From the NCBI GenBank assembly GCA_965207225.1, contig CBDBLV010000005.1, forward strand, positions 1,440,001-1,504,000: a stretch of 64,000 bases of DNA. The letters run 5' to 3'. Within the stretch, counting starts at the first letter, position 1. Each line of letters begins with the position of its first letter. The position numbers and the translations under genes were made by a program. Origin of the DNA: Dehalococcoidia bacterium. Lineage in GTDB: Bacteria > Chloroflexota > Dehalococcoidia > Plut-88900. Below the pieces are notes generated by a model. It was not told the origin of the DNA and searched no databases. It worked only from the letters and a program-made list of their open reading frames with translations. Shown in pieces: positions 60,408-64,000 of the stretch.

Positions 60408-60677
60408 CTAGCTTGGGTTCCCCCATTCCTTAACGTAGGGGAACCCGCCGGCTATCTTCTCCAGCTCCGTCTCCGTGAGCTCCGACGATGGCGGCAGCAC
60501 CAGGTGGGCGGTGGTGGCGCTGTCCTCGTGCACAACCACGTCGAAACCGTCCGGTATGACCGTGCCTATCTCGGAGGCGATGGCGCCCTTCGGGTCGGCG
60601 ATAAGGCGGGTGCGGAACTCGCTGTCCACCTCCGCTTTGTCGAGTATCCGGTCCTTCATTTCGGTTGCTGTCGTCAT
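60408..60677 (-). CDS. NHLP-leader precursor 8, core FPYVKEWGNPS
   Basis: FRTRLIADPK, HLVLPP, ELEKIAGG cleavage site. Confidence 0.92.
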   Translation of the reverse strand: MTTATEMKDRILDKAEVDSEFRTRLIADPKGAIASEIGTVIPDGFDVVVHEDSATTAHLVLPPSSELTETELEKIAGGFPYVKEWGNPS

Positions 60678-60724
60678 TGCTCTATTCCTTTCTCTCTTCT
60701 TCGTTTCAGATAGTGGCTCCCCAT

Positions 60725-60784
60725 TCAGGGAAAGGGGGGCAGAACCAGGTGAGCGGTGGTGGCGCAGTCCTCGTGCACCACGAC
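60725..60784 (-). pseudogene. NHLP leader fragment
   Basis: Translates VVVHEDCATTAHLVLPPFP* with no start. Confidence 0.75.
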
Positions 60785-60799
60785 ATGTCATGTCGTTCT

Positions 60800-61063
60800 T
60801 TACCATGGGCTCTGGCCTCTGTAGGCGCGCCCTCCTGCGACCGTCTCCAGTTCGGTCTCCGTGAGTTCCGGCGATGGCGGCAGCACTAGGTGGGCGGTGG
60901 CAGCGCTGTCCTCGTGCACCACCACGTCGAACCCGTCCGGTATGGCCGTGCCTATCTCGGAGGCAATGGCCCCATTCGGGTCGGCGATTAGGCGGGCGCG
61001 GAACTCGTCGTCCTCCGACGCTTTGCCCAGAATCTGCTTCTTCAGTTCGGCTGCCGTCGTCAT
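60800..61063 (-). CDS. NHLP-leader precursor 7, core RAYRGQSPW
   Basis: Conserved leader; ELETVAGG. Confidence 0.92.
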   Translation of the reverse strand: MTTAAELKKQILGKASEDDEFRARLIADPNGAIASEIGTAIPDGFDVVVHEDSAATAHLVLPPSPELTETELETVAGGRAYRGQSPW

Positions 61064-61159
61064 TGCGCTACTCCTTTCTCTCCTGCTCGTTTCGGGTAGC
61101 GGCTCCCTGCATTCGAAGGTGGGGATGCCACGCCAAGTGATCCTCTTGGCTTCCCCAAC

Positions 61160-61210
61160 CTAGGCGCCACCTTTGCCCCATGGCGTCACTCCCCAAGCAG
61201 CTCCGGCGAC
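61160..61210 (-). pseudogene. Orphan (untranslated) core cassette VAGA-AWGVTPWGKGGA*
   Basis: Lies 4 nt after the stop of precursor 6; homologous to the core of precursor 4. Confidence 0.8.
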
Positions 61211-61214
61211 AGGT

Positions 61215-61493
61215 TCACCCGGTCGGTGGAGTCCACTCCGGTGTCTTCGCTCCCCAAGTAGCTCCGGCGACCATCTCCAACTCCGCATCCGTGAGCTCCG
61301 GCGAGGGGGGCAGCACCAGGTGGGCGGTGGTGGCACCTTCCTCGTGCACCACCACTTCGAACCCGTCCGGTAGGGCCGCGCCTATCTCGGAGGCGATGGC
61401 GCCCTTCGGGTCGGCGATGAGACGGGTCCGGAACTCGCCGTCCTCCGACGCCTTGCCCAGAATCTGCTTCTTCAGTTCGGCTGCTGTCGTCAT
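61215..61493 (-). CDS. NHLP-leader precursor 6, core TWGAKTPEWTPPTG
   Basis: Conserved leader; ELEMVAGA. Confidence 0.92.
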   Translation of the reverse strand: MTTAAELKKQILGKASEDGEFRTRLIADPKGAIASEIGAALPDGFEVVVHEEGATTAHLVLPPSPELTDAELEMVAGATWGAKTPEWTPPTG

Positions 61494-61698
61494 TGCTCTA
61501 CTCCAATCTCTCTTGTTCGTTTCGGTTGGCGGTTCCCTGCATTCGATAGTGGGTATGGATACCTCACCACACGATTGTCAACATGCCGCCCGTTGCCTTT
61601 CCAACTCGGCCTAGGTCAGCGCCGGCATTAGCGCCGGGACGCCGGCTTCAGGGCTTCCCAATCGGCTTCCGCCCGCGACCAACCTGCGCCCTCCTTGG

Positions 61699-61965
61699 TC
61701 AAAAGTCATCGGACGCGTCCCAACCAGCGTTTCCGCCGGCGACCATCTCCATCTCGGCCTCGGTGAGCTCCGGCGAGGCCGGAAGCACCAGGTGGGCGGT
61801 GGTGGCGTCATCCTCGTGCACCACCACGTCGAACCCGTCCGGTATGGCCGTTCCGATCTCGGAGGAGATGGCGGCCTTCGGGTCAGCGATGAGGCGGGCG
61901 CGGAACTCGCTGTCCACCTCCGCTCTGCCCAGAATCTGCGTCTTCAGTTCGGCTACCGTCGTCAT
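61699..61965 (-). CDS. NHLP-leader precursor 5, core NAGWDASDDF
   Basis: Conserved leader; EMEMVAGG; AAGGAG RBS. Confidence 0.92.
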   Translation of the reverse strand: MTTVAELKTQILGRAEVDSEFRARLIADPKAAISSEIGTAIPDGFDVVVHEDDATTAHLVLPASPELTEAEMEMVAGGNAGWDASDDF

Positions 61966-62061
61966 TGCGCTGCTCCTTGCTCTCCTGTTCGTTTCGGATA
62001 GCGGCTCCCCGCATTCATAGGTGGGCATGTCACGGCAAGTGATCCTCTTGGCATCCCCAAC

Positions 62062-62334
62062 CTAGGCGCCGCCTTGGCCCCATGGTGTCGCTCCCCAACC
62101 AGCTCCGGCGACAGCTTCCAGTTCCGCATCCGTGAGCTCCTGCGAGGGAGGCAGCACCAGATGGGCGGTAGTGGCGCCGTCCTCGTGCACCTCTACGTCG
62201 AACCTATCGGGTATGGCCGTGCCGATCTCGGAGGCTATGGCACCCTTCGGGTCCCTGATAAGGCGGGCGCTGAACTCGGCGTCCTCAGCCGCCCTGCTCA
62301 GGACCTGTGTCTTCAGTTCGGTTGCTGTGGTCAT
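62062..62334 (-). CDS. NHLP-leader precursor 4, core GWGATPWGQGGA
   Basis: Conserved leader; ELEAVAGA. Confidence 0.92.
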   Translation of the reverse strand: MTTATELKTQVLSRAAEDAEFSARLIRDPKGAIASEIGTAIPDRFDVEVHEDGATTAHLVLPPSQELTDAELEAVAGAGWGATPWGQGGA

Positions 62335-62430
62335 AGCCTTACTTCTATTCTCATCTTCGTTCCCCATGGTGGCTCCCCGTGTTGGAAGGGGACCTGCTGC
62401 CGGACCACCTCCGGACTCAGCCTTGCTGTC

Positions 62431-62688
62431 CTAACCCCACAGGCCGGTATGGTGGCCTCCGGCGACGGTCTCCAGTTCGGCCTCCGTGAGCTCCGGAGAG
62501 GGGGACAGCACCAGGTGGGCCGTGGTGGCAGTGTCCTCGTGCACCACGACGTCGAACCCGTCCGGTATGGTAGCTCCGATTTCGGAGGCAATGGCGGCCT
62601 TCGGGTCGGCAATGAGAAGCGCGCGGAATACGCCGTCCTCCGACGCCCTGCCGAGTATCCGGTCCTTCATTTCGGTTGCCGTGGTCAC
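62431..62688 (-). CDS. NHLP-leader precursor 3, core HHTGLWG
   Basis: GTG start after AAGGAG; ELETVAGG. Confidence 0.92.
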   Translation of the reverse strand: MTTATEMKDRILGRASEDGVFRALLIADPKAAIASEIGATIPDGFDVVVHEDTATTAHLVLSPSPELTEAELETVAGGHHTGLWG

Positions 62689-62757
62689 GGCTCTCCTTCT
62701 TTCACTATGTGCTCCAAGAGACTTCACCCTGGGTTGCTGTATCCGAAAAGGTATCCG

Positions 62758-63018
62758 TTACCAGGCCATATAGCCCCCGATGCCGCCGGCAACTGACTCC
62801 AGCTCGGCCTCCGTCAGCTCCGGCGAGAGGGGCAGCACCAGGTGGGCGGTGGTAGCGCTGTCCTCGTGCACCACCACGTCGAACCCGTCCGGTATGGCTG
62901 ATCCGATCTCGGAGGCGATTGCAGCCTTCGGTTCGGCGATGAGGCGGGCGCGGAACTCGCTGTCCTCGGCCGCCTTGCTCAGGACCTGTCTCTTCAACTC
63001 GGTTGCAGTGGTCATCAT
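62758..63018 (-). CDS. NHLP-leader precursor 2, core IGGYMAW
   Basis: GAGGTG RBS; ELESVAGG. Confidence 0.92.
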   Translation of the reverse strand: MMTTATELKRQVLSKAAEDSEFRARLIAEPKAAIASEIGSAIPDGFDVVVHEDSATTAHLVLPLSPELTEAELESVAGGIGGYMAW

Positions 63019-63102
63019 TCACCTCGTTTTTGACTATTTGGGGGTCTCAACTGGCCCCGCCCGGCGGCCAACCCGAGGTCAGCCGGCGCCAAATCCGGTC
63101 AG

Positions 63103-63143
63103 AAAGACAGCGCCAAGGGGGACGTCCGGTGGCGCCGTCCTTT
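63103..63143 (-). terminator. Stem-loop after the first precursor
   Basis: Minus strand AAAGGACGGCGCCA-loop-TGGCGCTGTCTTT, with G-U pairs. Confidence 0.55.
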
Positions 63144-63152
63144 TGCGGTACG

Positions 63153-63422
63153 CTAGCCGTTCGGGTTTACCTTCTGATCCCAAAGATTCCCGCCCGCGAC
63201 CATCTCCAGCTCCGCCTCGGTGAGCTCCGGCGTGGGTGGCAGCACCAGGTGGGCGGTGGTGGCGCCGTCCTCGTGGACGACCACATCGAACCCGTCCGGT
63301 ATGGCCGTTCCGATCTCGGAGGCTATGGCCCCCTTCGGGTCTGCGATGAGGCGGGCGCGGAACTCGCCGTCCTCGGCTGCCTTGCTCAGAATCTGGGTCT
63401 TCATTTCGGTTGCCGTGGTCAT
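63153..63422 (-). CDS. NHLP-leader precursor 1, core NLWDQKVNPNG
   Basis: AAGGAG RBS; ELEMVAGG. Confidence 0.92.
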   Translation of the reverse strand: MTTATEMKTQILSKAAEDGEFRARLIADPKGAIASEIGTAIPDGFDVVVHEDGATTAHLVLPPTPELTEAELEMVAGGNLWDQKVNPNG

Positions 63423-63536
63423 GGTATTGCTCCTTTTCTCTCATTCGCTCCAGATCGTGGTTCTCTCAATCGAGGAGGGACACCCTTTCAACGTGGGATC
63501 GGCTTCCCTTACCTCATCCCATAGCTGTAAACCCCT

Positions 63537-63626
63537 GTAATCCTACAATATATGTATGATATTAAGGTGACTTGTGGGCTAAATGTTCGTGACCTATTGT
63601 GATATTTGGCCAATGTTGGCATAATC
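63537..63626. promoter_or_regulatory. Bidirectional promoter B (inverted copy of promoter A)
   Basis: The reverse complement reads GATTATGCCA..ATCACAATAGGTCA..AAGTCA..TCATA..TAGGAT, in the same register as 52671-52760. Confidence 0.75.
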
Positions 63627-63693
63627 GTCGCGACTAATGCGGGTTCTTGAGGTCTTGTAGGACGAGCCTCCGCGGCCGGATCGAGGTGAAGAG

Positions 63694-64000
63694 TTGGACC
63701 AACCGATATCGAAGAACGAGGTCACCGCACCTGAAGAGCTTTACGGCAAGCGCTACGTTCGGCCGTACGCGGCCCTCTATATCAATCACCCGTTGTGGGA
63801 GCCTAAACTGCAATGCAACGTAGCACTGCTAAGCAGGCTGTTGAAGTCGTTGGGCAACTGGCTGGACACTTGCTGCGGGCAAGGGTGGCACCTGGCGCAG
63901 TTTCCCAACCACCGGCGGATGGGCATTGACCTCAGCGCGGCCCAACTCGAAAAGGCGAGGCTGCAGAACCCCGGAGTCCCCTTCATCCAGGCAGACATCA
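63694..64000 (+). CDS. Class I SAM-dependent methyltransferase (partial, runs off the edge)
   Basis: TTG start after GAGGTG; MDQPISKNE...WLDTCCGQG...GIDLSAAQL...FIQADI. Not in the ORF track because it has no stop in the window. Confidence 0.8.
   Translation, partial: MDQPISKNEVTAPEELYGKRYVRPYAALYINHPLWEPKLQCNVALLSRLLKSLGNWLDTCCGQGWHLAQFPNHRRMGIDLSAAQLEKARLQNPGVPFIQADI

Noticed and set aside
60408-63422. CRISPR-like repeat-spacer array or DGR
   Set aside because: The repeats are about 230-bp protein-coding leaders with synonymous variation; no cas or reverse transcriptase genes are present.
60408-63422. Nitrile hydratase alpha subunits, or TOMM/lanthipeptide precursors
   Set aside because: There is no CxxCSC metal site; the cores lack Cys and no YcaO or LanM gene is in the window.

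Overview
Accessory region of a GC-rich bacterium. A Dehalococcoidia/SAR202-like Chloroflexota, possibly a marine-invertebrate symbiont, is my inference from gene content only: a Sup-like PKS, plant-type LRR, cadherin remnant, serpin and repeated GAF-PAS-kinase-REC-OmpR fusions. Left end: an interrupted type I PKS (KS-AT-DH) joined in frame to a truncated exonuclease-RecQ-UvrD gene. Middle: a decaying island with defence-type genes (SF1 helicase-DUF559, prokaryotic viperin plus an XRE-HTH/TPR partner, a toxin-like gene paired with a pseudo-IrrE gene, HNH), many secreted or lipoprotein orphans, an IS remnant and pseudogenes. Right end (about 50.2-64 kb) is the most interesting part, a RiPP system. 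It has an NHLM-type HlyD and two ABC exporters (one with a C39 peptidase), an uncharacterised enzyme with PT-barrel prenyltransferase-like motifs, eight tandem NHLP-leader precursors whose short hypervariable cores lack Cys but all contain Trp, a silent spare core, and a methyltransferase running off the edge. One duplicated bidirectional promoter with OmpR/PhoB-type repeats lies upstream of both the exporter operon and the precursor array; one copy is next to a divergent hybrid kinase-regulator.
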